This document shows, piece by piece, positions 11,505 to 22,702 of a DNA stretch of 64,000 bases (positions are counted from its first letter, which is position 1; each line of letters begins with the position of its first letter). The notes under the pieces are model-generated. The model was not told the DNA's origin. It ran no database searches and worked only from the letters and a program-made list of their open reading frames with translations. Source of the DNA: Thalia democratica (Eukaryota); NCBI GenBank assembly GCA_965202585.1, contig OZ241829.1, forward strand, positions 73,408,001 through 73,472,000. The letters are read 5' to 3'. A program made the position numbers and the translations under genes.

Positions 11505-11810
11505 TCAATGTGTCATTTCAATAAAAAATAAATAAAAAGTCTCGTAACAGTTCACTTTCGCTTCACCAGCAAAGTTCGAAGCGAATTCACCGAAAGACTT
11601 AGAAATCAAAGATACATTCATTTCAAGCCATCTTAAATGGCTGTAAAATTAAGCAAATTACGAGGATAAACAAGAATACTCTTCGACTAGACACTCTGAA
11701 CCCAATATGTGCTGTGAAAGCGAGTGTTTTCCGCACTCGGCCTGTGATGTAATACTTAAATACAGACTTGTTTGTGACGTAAAAATTTGAGAGCTTCTTT
11801 TTTCTATGTG
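11505..11810. promoter_or_regulatory. X module
   Basis: Stem TTCGCTTC/GAAGCGAA, AGCCAT-N5-ATGGCT, right degenerate CRE pair and TTTGAGAG-T6. Confidence 0.65.
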
Positions 11811-13684
11811 TTGTAAGTATGATTTTTAGTGTTGATAAACTTTAAGGTTTTTTCTAGATACGTTTTAGTTGATTTCTACATATAGGTGGTTTAAATAGTC
11901 TTCAAAATGTGCACAGAAATTACGGAAGAAATGTGTTGTTATATTTTAAGCTTTTAAAAATTCACTGACACTTTACGAAGCTTATCGTGGATTCATTTAC
12001 TGTTTATTGTCGTAAGAGATATTTGTAACATTTTTTTTCCATAAAAGATCACCAATAGCAAATTAAAGTATTTATCTTCAATTATCTAACAATTCAGAAT
12101 ATAAGAAATTCGACAAATTCATTGTTAATAGCTTCTTTATTTTCACATAGTTTTAAGAATAAATTGCATCTGTTATCCAGTCATGCACAAATTTACAAAA
12201 CACTATTTAACTTATTAAACCAAGGATGACCACAGCTCAGTCAAAAAAGTGGTTAGTTTTTACGAGAAGATAAAAATAAAATAATATCAGCTATATAAAT
12301 AAGAAAAGAAAATTATTTTGTTTTTGCAACGTGCACAAAACAAGCAAGTTGATAATTTTGTTGTTAATGATCTTCGACTTATGAAAAAAATAAAAACAAT
12401 GAAATTAAAACTTGATGAGTTGATTGAAGTAACCATTGGTGTAAAAAAACATTGGCATAACAATAATTTCAGTGCGAGTATAAAGCCAAGAAAAAGCTTG
12501 TAATTTCGTAAGCACTTAGCTTGTAGTAAATGGATGCGAACGTAGTAAGCTAAAAATGGTGTTTAACAAAAGAAGCAACACGTAAATGTTGCAGGTAATA
12601 ACATTAAAATTACTTTAGCATTTATTATAAAAATAGGTCTTTAGCGATGTCAATATGCTATCAAAATAATCTTCTTTTCGTGAAGACAGAAAATTTGGTC
12701 GCTAACTGAGAATTTGCAGTTTGTACCAGCACTTTCCTCTTTTAAATCTAAGAAAACAGTCAAATCAATATAATGTTTAATACAAAGTCTGTTTTAGGCT
12801 TAGATCTGTTATTGCATACTTTCAATTAGGGTGGTGTTACAGATGAAATGTCACTTTTTTGTTTGTTGACGATCCAAAAAAAGTACTGATTTGGAGTAAG
12901 AGATTATTATTGAAGACTCCAGATCAAACATACGCACACTAGGTTAAATATTTTATAATTTATTATTTTAACAGATCGCTCGTTTTTTATATATAAGGAG
13001 TATTTTCATTGAGTGACCACAAATAGTTGTGAAACATGGTTATGATAAAAGGTTTGTCTCAACGTTCTAAGTACTAAAACGAATTAAGTAACATTTTTGT
13101 ATAGATCACAATATATTTTATGTAAGGGCAATTAAATAACACTAAACCGTGGCAACTCTGGTTGTCAGTAACAAACATAGAATGAATGAAGGTATATTTT
13201 ACTCAGCTTTCCTGATTAATTTGATAGAATTTCGTCATTGAAAATAAGCTGCAAGCTAATTATTAAATTGCCAAAGTATCGAAAGTCTTAAAGGCTACCT
13301 GAAGCTAGAAATACCGAAAGACCACAAAAAAAAAGGCTAACGTGTTTATTAAACTTATTCGCTGCTTCTGGCAGAGAAGACACGAGCCAGACTTGAAAAT
13401 AATAATAAACCAGGTGAAATAATGTCCAAATTAAAAGGAACAAATAACCAAACCACAAGCTCAGAGACACATAACCCAACGAGCCAACGCCAGTCACGGA
13501 TAGCCTGACAACGATGTTTGTTATCGGATACAATGAAGATACTGTAACACAGTAATGAGGTGAGTTGTTGCTCATCAGCCACCAAAACGTTATTTATAAT
13601 GATATAATTTTCTTTAAAAATACTGTCAAAAAACATAATGTAGTCAATTTACAGTCTGGTATACTCTTTAACACAATACCTAAC

Positions 13685-13760
13685 AGATGACGCCATAAAC
13701 CATTTGTTACCTTCAAACAGGCTTGTGAGAAACTCATAAAACTGTTACAACCTGAACCAA
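13685..13760. promoter_or_regulatory. R module
   Basis: AGATGACGCCAT...CCTTCAAACAGGCTTGTGAGAAACTCATAAAACTGTTACAACCTGAAC; paralogs at 43105 and 44255. Confidence 0.55.
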
Positions 13761-14350
13761 AAACAATTAAAGACACCAAAAAATATTAACATACAAAAAT
13801 TTAAAATAAAATAATACAATATCAATGAAACTATTATGGAGAGCATCAATATAAAGTACATGAATGATATAGATTATAGAAGTATGAATAAGCCTGCTCA
13901 CAGAAAAAAATATTGCCAGAGCCGCAACCTATCAACGGTAAACAAAGTCAGCATACATTTGTTGACTTTACGGAATACGTAAGATCCTAAACAAACTTCA
14001 AAACAGTTTACAACAATTTGATCACAAAATAATTTTAAAACCAAACTATTTGGTTGTTTACATAAAATAACGATAGGCAACTAAAGACAGTATTTTACTG
14101 AAGTGAAAGCAACGTCAAGATACAAAAACTGAACGTTTGAAATGAACAAAACTCTAGCAGTCAACTTAAAAGACTCAGTATAAAATCTATAACTTTTTGT
14201 GAATAATCAAGATAACGTAGTCGCTTTTGTTGAAACAGTAAGTAAATACCAACCCACAAAATTTAATAAATGGAATCAACAGTTAACAGCGAATAAAAAA
14301 GTTTAAGGAACGATCATATTTATGTAATGCTTTTTGAATCAGTAGCTGGG

Positions 14351-14893
14351 ACGGGCACAGATGCACTGAGCAAAAAATTTGCTTGGATTTCATTTTTTTA
14401 GGTGTCAACTTTTCACGGCTGTCAACTTTGTATGGAGTCACTTTTTACCTATGCCAATTTTACAAAGCGTCTTTTTTTTAGGGCTGTCAATTTTGCATGG
14501 AGTCACTTTTTACCTATGCCAATTTTACAAAGCGTCTTTTTTTTAGGGCTGTCAATTTTGCATGGAGTCACTTTTTACCTATGCCAATTTTACAAAGCGT
14601 CTTTTTTTTAGGGCTGTCAATTTTGCATGGAGTCACTTTTTACCTATGCCAATTTTACAAAGCGTCTTTTTTTTAGGGCTGTCAATTTTGCATGGAGTCA
14701 CTTTTGCACGGTCGACATTTTTTTCAAGAAGTCACTTTTGTACGACGTCAAATTTTTACGGTTGTCATTTTGCGTTAAGCATCTTGTTCAGAAACTCTCT
14801 TGAATATTTTTTTTACGAAATTTAAGAAAGCAAAATCTACATTGTACAAAATTAACCTCTTTACAAAACTGACTACACGTGCAAATGTGACAC
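14351..14893. mobile_element. CGTGCAAAA-family element with internal tandem expansion
   Basis: Same ends as 5606-5970; longer because of the 65-bp array. Confidence 0.6.
14434..14700. repeat. 65-bp tandem repeat, four identical copies
   Basis: GGAGTCAC starts at 14434, 14499, 14564, 14629 and 14694. Confidence 0.95.
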
Positions 14894-15121
14894 TTCGCTG
14901 TTTAAGTATCTTCGAAGAGAGCGTTAATCAAAGTAGCTTTGGATTTCTTATATAGATCACAGTTATACAAATGTTATTAAGTTCAATTTTTTAAATTCAA
15001 TTTAGGTTAAAATATCATAATTAGTAATTTTAATGAGCTTAATTAATCAAAGACAAAGGTGTGCAACAAAAAGTTATTTCTGGTTACGTACACTATATGT
15101 ATTGTAGATATGAAAACTTAC

Positions 15122-15215
15122 TTGGAGTGTTTGCTGAGTTTGTGATTTCCAACATTGATGTCAACCTAAGAGGTTGTTGCTCGTTTTCTTTCTCTAAAGT
15201 AGCATCTCTGTCCAA
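15122..15215 (-). other. Candidate non-coding exon (S1), 94 nt
   Basis: TTTTTCAACAG acceptor, GTAAGT donor. Confidence 0.6.
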
Positions 15216-16119
15216 CTGTTGAAAAAATAAATTGAACATTTATTCAAATAAATATTTTAATCATACTAACAATTAGTTTTGCGTTTTTAGCTATATAATT
15301 AGTTTAGAATTGTCGTTTAAACCTACAATTAAAGTTATGTTAATTTATTTTTATGACTTGACTACTAAAGCTACTTTTCAGAATTATTTCAAAAAAAAAA
15401 CTAATACATAATAGTATAGGATAATTCTTACTAAAGTGATAATAAAAGATCTACCACACGATCAGCTTATTAACAAACAACACTTATTATAAACTATTGA
15501 AATTTTTCGAATGAAGTTGTTTTATAACTAAAAACTTTTGTATCTAAACAACTTATCAAATTTTACTTCAAGCTGAAGTATTTTTGACGTTACAAAAACT
15601 TTCAGTATCTAAAGTTTTTTATTAGTAAACCATGATAGTCGAAGAGTTAACGGTCATCAATTTGCTATATAAAAAAACTAAGTATGGTTGTTTGATCTTA
15701 ACTGAAAACACCGAAGTATTCTATTTGCTCTATTTATTTTTTTAATGAAAATGAGAACGGTTAATACAATTGAAGATAAACGTATTGAATAACATGACTT
15801 TATAAAAAAATGTTTTGATCAAGAGTTTAAAAGACTTATAGATCCAAAAAGAATAAGTTTTTTTTGAAAAGATTATTTTATTTACTTAAAATAAATTGCA
15901 TTTTTTTCGGTTAATATGCGTATCTAATGAAAATTTTACTGTAACTTCGTCACAATAACATATAAACTGTTAAAAACAAGATAGAAAAGCGTTTAGGAGT
16001 CGGAATTAACTTTTCTGCAGTCAACACTGCGGTAGCTAAAATGAGAAAAAAATAGCGTAAGAAAACGGTATAGGAGAAAACCACACAATTGAAAACTGCC
16101 TGTCACAGGCGAAACCTAT

Positions 16120-16355
16120 CAGATAACCTCACAATACGACTTTAGCAGGTTAAGATTTCAAGAATGAAAATATTGTAGTCGTGTTCGAGACGACTTTGAA
16201 ATTTAGCGTTGATTTGTTGGTATCAGTCGATGCACTTACTGGCGCTGATGATTATATATATTTTCATATTAGTCAAGAGTGCTTGTTAGTTTTTTAATAT
16301 TACGTCATTAAAAATGAGAGATAAAGTTGGGGAAGCGTAAAAACTTGAGAGAGCT
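16120..16355. promoter_or_regulatory. X module (X2 subtype)
   Basis: Paralog of 7262-7510 with identical GTCGTGTTCGAGACGAC. Confidence 0.55.
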
Positions 16356-16919
16356 ATGTAATTTTTGAGATATTGAAATTTTTATAAAAAGTGTCCGATA
16401 CAAACGTATGGACTGCAAATTCTTCTGGGTCAATTTTCTCGGAAATTTAAAAAATCACTAAAAACCTATCTTCTCCTTCATTTTTTTAGCTAGAAACCTC
16501 AAATTTTAAAGAAACGTTTCTTTTCTAGTTTAAAAGACTTTGAATAAGGGAATTTTAAAAATATTGAAAAATAAAGATTTTAGATAAAAAAACAAAAAAT
16601 AGGTGGTTTTATTTTAATAAAAATTTTATTTTTAGAAATTAAAAAAGTTCCTGCATTCAATCTTTTTAAAATTTAATAATACACTTTCTGTAAAAATTTG
16701 AAGAAGATTGCTTAAAAATTGAAGGAGGGAATAGATTTTTAGTTAAATGGCCTTTTTTTGCGTTTTTAATTCGCGCCTTCAATTAGGAACCTATTGAGGT
16801 CACTGGCTTTGTTAGATTTGAATTTTTTTAAGCACTTAAAAATTTCTGAGAGTTTAGATAAAACTCTATAAAATAAGATCAACTTGTAAAAATCAAAGTG
16901 GACTCCCCTATACCCTTAA
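16356..16919. mobile_element. Kolobok-like non-autonomous element, one end visible
   Basis: Absent from the paralog at 7500; ends GGACTCCCCTATACCC|TTAA (TTAA target, YY terminus). Confidence 0.4.
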
Positions 16920-17292
16920 ATTGCCATCTTTTAATCTAGCTGCACTTATCTTTAAAAAAGTTTTCGGCAACAACAAAGTAAAAAATAGTGATTTTAAAAA
17001 TTTATAATCATTACTTATCTTGACTCTAATGTTGAATCAAACGCATCATTAAACTTTAAAATTAACAGTCGAATCGGTAAGGCGTCAGACATGTTTGCTT
17101 CAAGAGTTTAGGATAAAAAGCACGTTATTTTAGGTTTATTAAGTCTGTGTATGCAGTAATTTTCTATACAAAAACGTAGACTTTGTCAAAAGTGCAAATT
17201 AAATAATAAAATAATAACAGACTTTGGATGCTTTTTTTGTATCCTCAGAGATGGATGAAAGGAAAAGATCATCAGCGAATTTTTAGTCCTAC

Positions 17293-17450
17293 CTTAGCGC
17301 TGGCTCGGTCACGTTCTAAAGATGGCTGCTGAGTAAATTCAAAAATCTCGATGCATAAAGTTGATCGTTGGCAAACGTAACCGAGATCGTTCGGTTTAAG
17401 ATCGTTTGCAGAAAAAATTAAATACAACTGGTGAGTGAGATGAGCCAATG
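17293..17450 (-). other. Candidate first exon with CCAAT box (paralog of 7743-7900)
   Basis: CCAAT at 17445; donor CGCTAAG|GTAGGA. Confidence 0.45.
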
Positions 17451-18573
17451 ACCGCGAAAAATTGGAATTTAGTTGAAGAAAAAGGTTGAAGGAAAAAGAA
17501 AACAACGAAACAAGAAACTGAAGCAAATAAAGAAATTAGAATCAAGATGGACTTAATTTTTAAATTCGATATTATAATGTTATCTATTCCATCACTGTAC
17601 TTTGAAGTGTATGTATTTTGCATGCAAGTTGTTTTATTTGTTTCAATATACAAGTAGCCGATTTTAGCGAATAGATTGCTTAAAATTTTAAACAATAACC
17701 TGTCGATATCGCAAGCTGTTAGAAAATAAACGTTGCCAAAAACGCAGAAGAAACTTGAAACTTTTAGTTTAACAACCTTTTACCTTAAGTTTGTAACAAC
17801 AATAGCTAAGAAAAAGCAACATTTAAAATTCGTTAAGGTTAATAAAAATACAACAGTGCAAAGTTAATTTTATGCCGTTGTTTGAGTTGTGTGAGAAAGC
17901 TAAATTTTTCACATAAAAGAAGGTAAGGACCGGATAATCTTAGCAGCTATCAATGTCGCCCACAGACAACTAAATTTAAATCGATAAAAGCATTACAAAA
18001 AATTGCTAAATTCTATCCAACTGTAAGTTAAAAAATTGTACTCTAATTTGATAAGAAGTCCAAAAGTTACATCTGAACAAGCCTAAGATCGATTATATTT
18101 TTAAAGTGAAACAAATTACTTGATTTGGTTCATATCGACACATTTTTCTTAAAGAAAATGATCCCCGATAATAACAAATACATGTTTACAATGAAGTATA
18201 GAAGAATATTACTGGTAGCATCAGTAATAAACAAAGCGGAAGAAGTAAAATAAAAGGCTTATTCAAAATTAGTGTGAAAAATTACAGCAAGCTATTGTCA
18301 GTAACAAGTTCTCAAGCTACATTTACAATAATAGCTCTTCCAAGAATGATTGTAGACAGTAATAAATAGAAAATTGTGTAGATTACAAACATACAGTACA
18401 CAGGTCGTAATTTCTAATAAAAAAGTGTCAAACTTAGTTAACTTAAATTTCACTTTAGGTAAATTGTTATAACTATAAGTTCTAAATTAAACTAATTAAC
18501 CAATGACGAAATTATGCTACAAATATTTAATTCTTAAAATTATCACAACATGATTACAAATTTAACAACTTAC

Positions 18574-18677
18574 TTGAGTGTTCCATTGACTAATTTCGAA
18601 CCACGATGTACTCTTGTTGATAGATTGATGGAGTACTCGCTTCACCGTGAAGAATAGATTGTCTATACTCTGTCCAA
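18574..18677 (-). other. Candidate non-coding exon (S1 variant), 104 nt
   Basis: TTTTAACAG|TTGGACAGAG acceptor, CTCAA|GTAAGT donor. Confidence 0.55.
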
Positions 18678-18884
18678 CTGTTAAAATTTAAGTTTAACTT
18701 ATTCAGTTTAATGTAGATCTGAGGTTTCTATTTGTAGAACTTTGTTTGCTACAAAGAGTAGTCTAGCATTTGAAGCTGTATTTGTTTGTCATTCTAGGTC
18801 GTGATCATCACATTAAAAATTCACTTTTTATATTATCTTATAAAATTGCTTTAAATATTCTAAAAAGAAATATACTTTTTATGA

Positions 18885-19330
18885 GCTCAGCCGAACTCTA
18901 GAGCCTTAAAAATATATACAACAACGTCAGTTTCAATAAAGCGAGTAATTTGCAAATTACTGCTATAATATTCGTACAAGTTTGTTTCGTTTGGACTTTT
19001 TCTAACAAACATATTAACAAAGTAAAACCAACAGTTTATTGAACAAAAACGAAAATGCACAAAAAGTTTTGGTTTAACTACCTGCGTATACGAAAACCTC
19101 TCGGTCGTAGAGTCGTACACGACATTTAGTGTTTTGAACTGTTAAAAAGTATTTGTAGTCATGCTAGATGACTTTAAAAATTCATTAGTTAGAAGTACTT
19201 AGCAGCAAGGTTGAGATTATAATACAACTTGAAAATATTTTTTATTAAAAGCGCTATATTGTTGGATTTAGTTAGTGACGTCATAAAATATAACAACTGT
19301 TTTATGATGATGAATTTTTGACAGTTGCTT
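18885..19330. promoter_or_regulatory. X module (X4 subtype)
   Basis: AGTCAT-N5-ATGACT about 98 nt left of TGACGTCA (19276); right flank homologous to that of the 11.8 kb and 48.1 kb modules. Confidence 0.5.
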
Positions 19331-20869
19331 TTTTCATTTTTCATTTTTACGGTTTATAAATCTCAATACAATTTATAGTATTTTGAAACATTCTCTACAG
19401 ATCGGTTGTTATAAAAGTGTTCATAATGTGCAATTAAGTTACAAAATCTGCTTTTTAATATTCGAACATATATTGTACTTTTATAATGTTATGCAATTTA
19501 CTGTTTTAATTCTTCACAGTTAGCTCATTTGTTATAAAAAGGCAGTGAAAGATCTTAAATAGCTTAGTATCATAAATAACAATTTCAGATCCGACTCAGC
19601 GTTTTTAGCATAATTGACATACTTCGTATAATCTTTGCAGAACATAATTAAATAAGTTCAAACAAGTAGCCAAATATTGTGGCAGCTCTGCTTGTTAGTA
19701 AATGAAGCAACAAATATACCTGTATTATCAAATATCAAATTTAATAACAAATGTTGTAAGTAGCTCTCTCATTGTTTACAACAATAAGCAACAACAACAA
19801 TTTAGTTAGCAACAGCCAGTAATCTCGTCTGTAAAGAGACTTAAACACGTACCAACTTTCAAACGTAAAATTAACACTCGCGTAAATTTACACAAAGAGC
19901 GTATTAGCCTCCTACTACCCCTTTTTTACTAGAAATAAATCAATCGATTTATTTTTCTTCAGTTTTTAACTATAAGTAGGCGAATGATTAAAGCACCGGA
20001 TAAGTCATTGAAAGTAGCTATTTTCTTATTTAAAACAATGGATGCAATAAAAAATCCACATATAGATTTGTTACAAAGCTTTTAATCGCTGATTACACTA
20101 AGAGTTGATCGGGGAGTTGGAAATAAGATTTGGATATAGAATCACAAAGTGCCAAGTTACTTAGATGCAGTTTGCCTTTTTAACTGATCCATCTTTGTCA
20201 AAAGCAGATTTGTATTTATAAGTGGATAATTCTAATTTATAAAACAAAGTAGATCAACATAAACGTAAACAGGAGTTTGTTTATACCCACTTAACTCGAA
20301 ACAAACTAAAATATAGGATATCAGTCAAACTTTTCATGGGATTAAACAGAGTTTTGGAGCTGTAGATAAATCCATGTGACTCAAATGACTAAACACGGAG
20401 AAGAAGCGAGATAAGTAAAAAAGACATAAAGAAGCACTCGAAGTAGCACTCTCGAAGGAACAACCTACAAATACGGTTTAAAATAATAAAAAATCAAAAA
20501 TATTGCTTAACATCGTCATTTATACACCGATTGTCAACCGTTTAATGAGTATATAATTAAGTGGTAACAATCAAAAAACTCCCGTTACTTTGCAGTGAGT
20601 GAAGGTGTAAAGTATTGAGAATTGCCCGACCAACAGACTACAAGTGCATCAGAGTGAAAATTAAAAAACATGAATTTAAAGTTCATGAATAGAAAAAATT
20701 TGGGCATCAGAATGAAAAATAAATATGCATAAACAGAAAGTTCGTGATAACGAAGAATTTACAAGCCTGCTCATACAAACAATTAGCTCGAAAAAGCACC
20801 ACGTAACATACCAACGGGAGCACAAAGTCAACATACGGTTGTTGCACTAAGACTGTCAACACAAACACC

Positions 20870-20940
20870 TTAAATAAACTGACAAATGACGTCATTAGCT
20901 ATTATTACGTCACACCTTCAAACAGAAGTGTGAACACAGT
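20870..20940 (-). promoter_or_regulatory. R module heading the 1.4-kb conserved block
   Basis: TGACGTCA/TTACGTCA pair plus CCTTCAAACAG; on the minus strand it is followed by an Inr-like TCAGTT. Confidence 0.55.
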
Positions 20941-21141
20941 GTAATACAACTTACAAAATTGTTATGACCTAATCTAAGAACATTCAAACACGAACATTTA
21001 TGAACATGAATATTGAAAATATCTATATGAATAATATGAGTATAAAGATTATCAATGATATCAGTATAAGATACTTGATTAAAAAGAATAATAAGGATAC
21101 CAAAACTTAAGTAATCCTGTTTAAATAAAATCCATGTAAAG

Positions 21142-21409
21142 CAAATGGCCCCCTTCAAAGAAATTAAAAACGACATGGCCCCCTTCGACAAGATTACTCA
21201 TAAACTACCATAAAAAACACCTAAGACCTTTTTTATGCTCTTCATCTGCAAATCAAGAATATCTAGTGTAAGTTTCAAATTATTATCACATGGCCCCCCT
21301 GTTGCTCCTTTACTGCTCATGGCCCCCCTCTTACCCCTTTGCTAATCGTGACCCCTGAGTATCTGTCACGGTCCCCAAGGGGCCACTTGGCCCACTTTGG
21401 GAAACCCTG
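21142..21409. mobile_element. hAT MITE related to 799-1064
   Basis: Right end GGGAAACCCTG; TSD ATGTAAAG / GTGTAAAG; absent from paralogs at 32605, 50505 and 62230. Confidence 0.7.
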
Positions 21410-22607
21410 GTGTAAAGGCTGTGACGTGTGAAAGGGCCGTAAGGGAGTACTTAGACACGCTTAACGAGAAACTCGAAAATAAACATACTTAGGTTTGTAT
21501 TAAAATGCAAAAAGTATTGAACAAAAACTTGACACAAATACTATTCAAAAATGTTGAATATATATTTTTAAATAAACTTTGGTCGAGTAAACATAACAGT
21601 TATAAGTTTCATCAGAAAATACTCAATTTAATTAGTTATTAGTTCAACAGAAATTAACATACGTACAAAACAAAAGTAAAATAAACAATAAGTAAAATAT
21701 AAAAAGCGACAAACAAGACAAAAGTATTTTTAAATTTAATTTTTTTAAGCGCGTAATGATTATTATCTAATCGTTACAGAATCTTTGTTTGTACAAACAT
21801 TTAGACCTAATTCATACAAGCAACAGTACGTTTATGAATATAATCTTTATAAGTTTTTTTAAATCTTGTTTGTCGATAATTCCATTTAACTTATTGTTTT
21901 TTTTTTACTATTAATTTTCTACGACGCTTATCTTAGTCAAATTTCTAATTAAATTATAGTTACGTTATTATATACAATTAGTCTATCTTTAGTTAACTTT
22001 TTCTGATGTCTTAATCATTAGTTGAGAATTTTTTAATGAAAAATATAACTGTTTACTTACCCAAAGTTTATTTTATAAATTAGTTGCGAAAAAAAGTAGT
22101 TTCAATAGTATGCTCAATAAAAATGTTTTAAATGAATCTCGTCTTAAGTTTTTGTTTAATACCTGTAGTACTATGAAAATTTATGGCAAAAAAATTTAAA
22201 AGTAAGATTTAAAGGAAATTTGAAGCTTAATTTAGATGATAATTTGAATATAATTAGTGAGAGCGGTCTTTTTTTATTTGTAAAAAAAAGAGTGTTTATG
22301 AACTTAAGTTCACAAAATCCTGTCCTAATAAACAATGTTTTGCATCGACTGACAATTAGATGCAAAAAGTAGTGCGCATAGTACCTTTTTGAAAATTATA
22401 GGGGGAACGATTGATTTTTAAATTTCTTAGAAGTGGTTGTTACGGAATTTGGCTTTGGAAGTCCTGATAAAGATCAAAGCTACACAAATGTACTTAACTT
22501 CATTTATTTAAAATAATTTAGGATAAAAAATCTTAAGTAGTAATTCTCAGTGAGCTTAATTAATGAGATTAGCTTACGCAGCATGTTTTAAAAATATGAA
22601 AACTTAC

Positions 22608-22702
22608 TTGAAGTGTTTGCTTTATTACATCAACTGCATCCTTCAACATTAATGTCAGCTTGAGGGATTGTGATTCCTTCCACAAAAACAAGCCGCCATC
22701 CT
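22608..22702 (-). other. Candidate non-coding exon (S1), 95 nt
   Basis: TTTTTAACAG|AGGATGG acceptor, TTCAA|GTAAGT donor. Confidence 0.6.

Noticed and set aside
11783-11805. AATTTGAG / AATTTTTGAC as an Sm site of snRNA or spliced-leader RNA
   Set aside because: No 3' stem-loop follows, no leader ending in AATAAG|GT, and no match to U1, U2, U4, U5 or U6 beyond short coincidental words.
13706-13722. CTGTTTGAAG resembling the nematode piRNA Ruby motif CTGTTTCA
   Set aside because: One mismatch in an 8-mer, too few copies, and no consistent downstream small motif; probably coincidence.
14434-14700. CRISPR-like array
   Set aside because: Identical head-to-tail 65-bp units with no unique spacers, inside a eukaryotic MITE.
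18944-18961. Perfect 18-bp palindrome AGTAATTTGCAAATTACT
   Set aside because: Broken without compensation in the paralogs at 30.4 and 60.2 kb.
22300-22400. H/ACA snoRNA
   Set aside because: The candidate ACA is GCA in the other three copies, and there is no second hairpin or H box.
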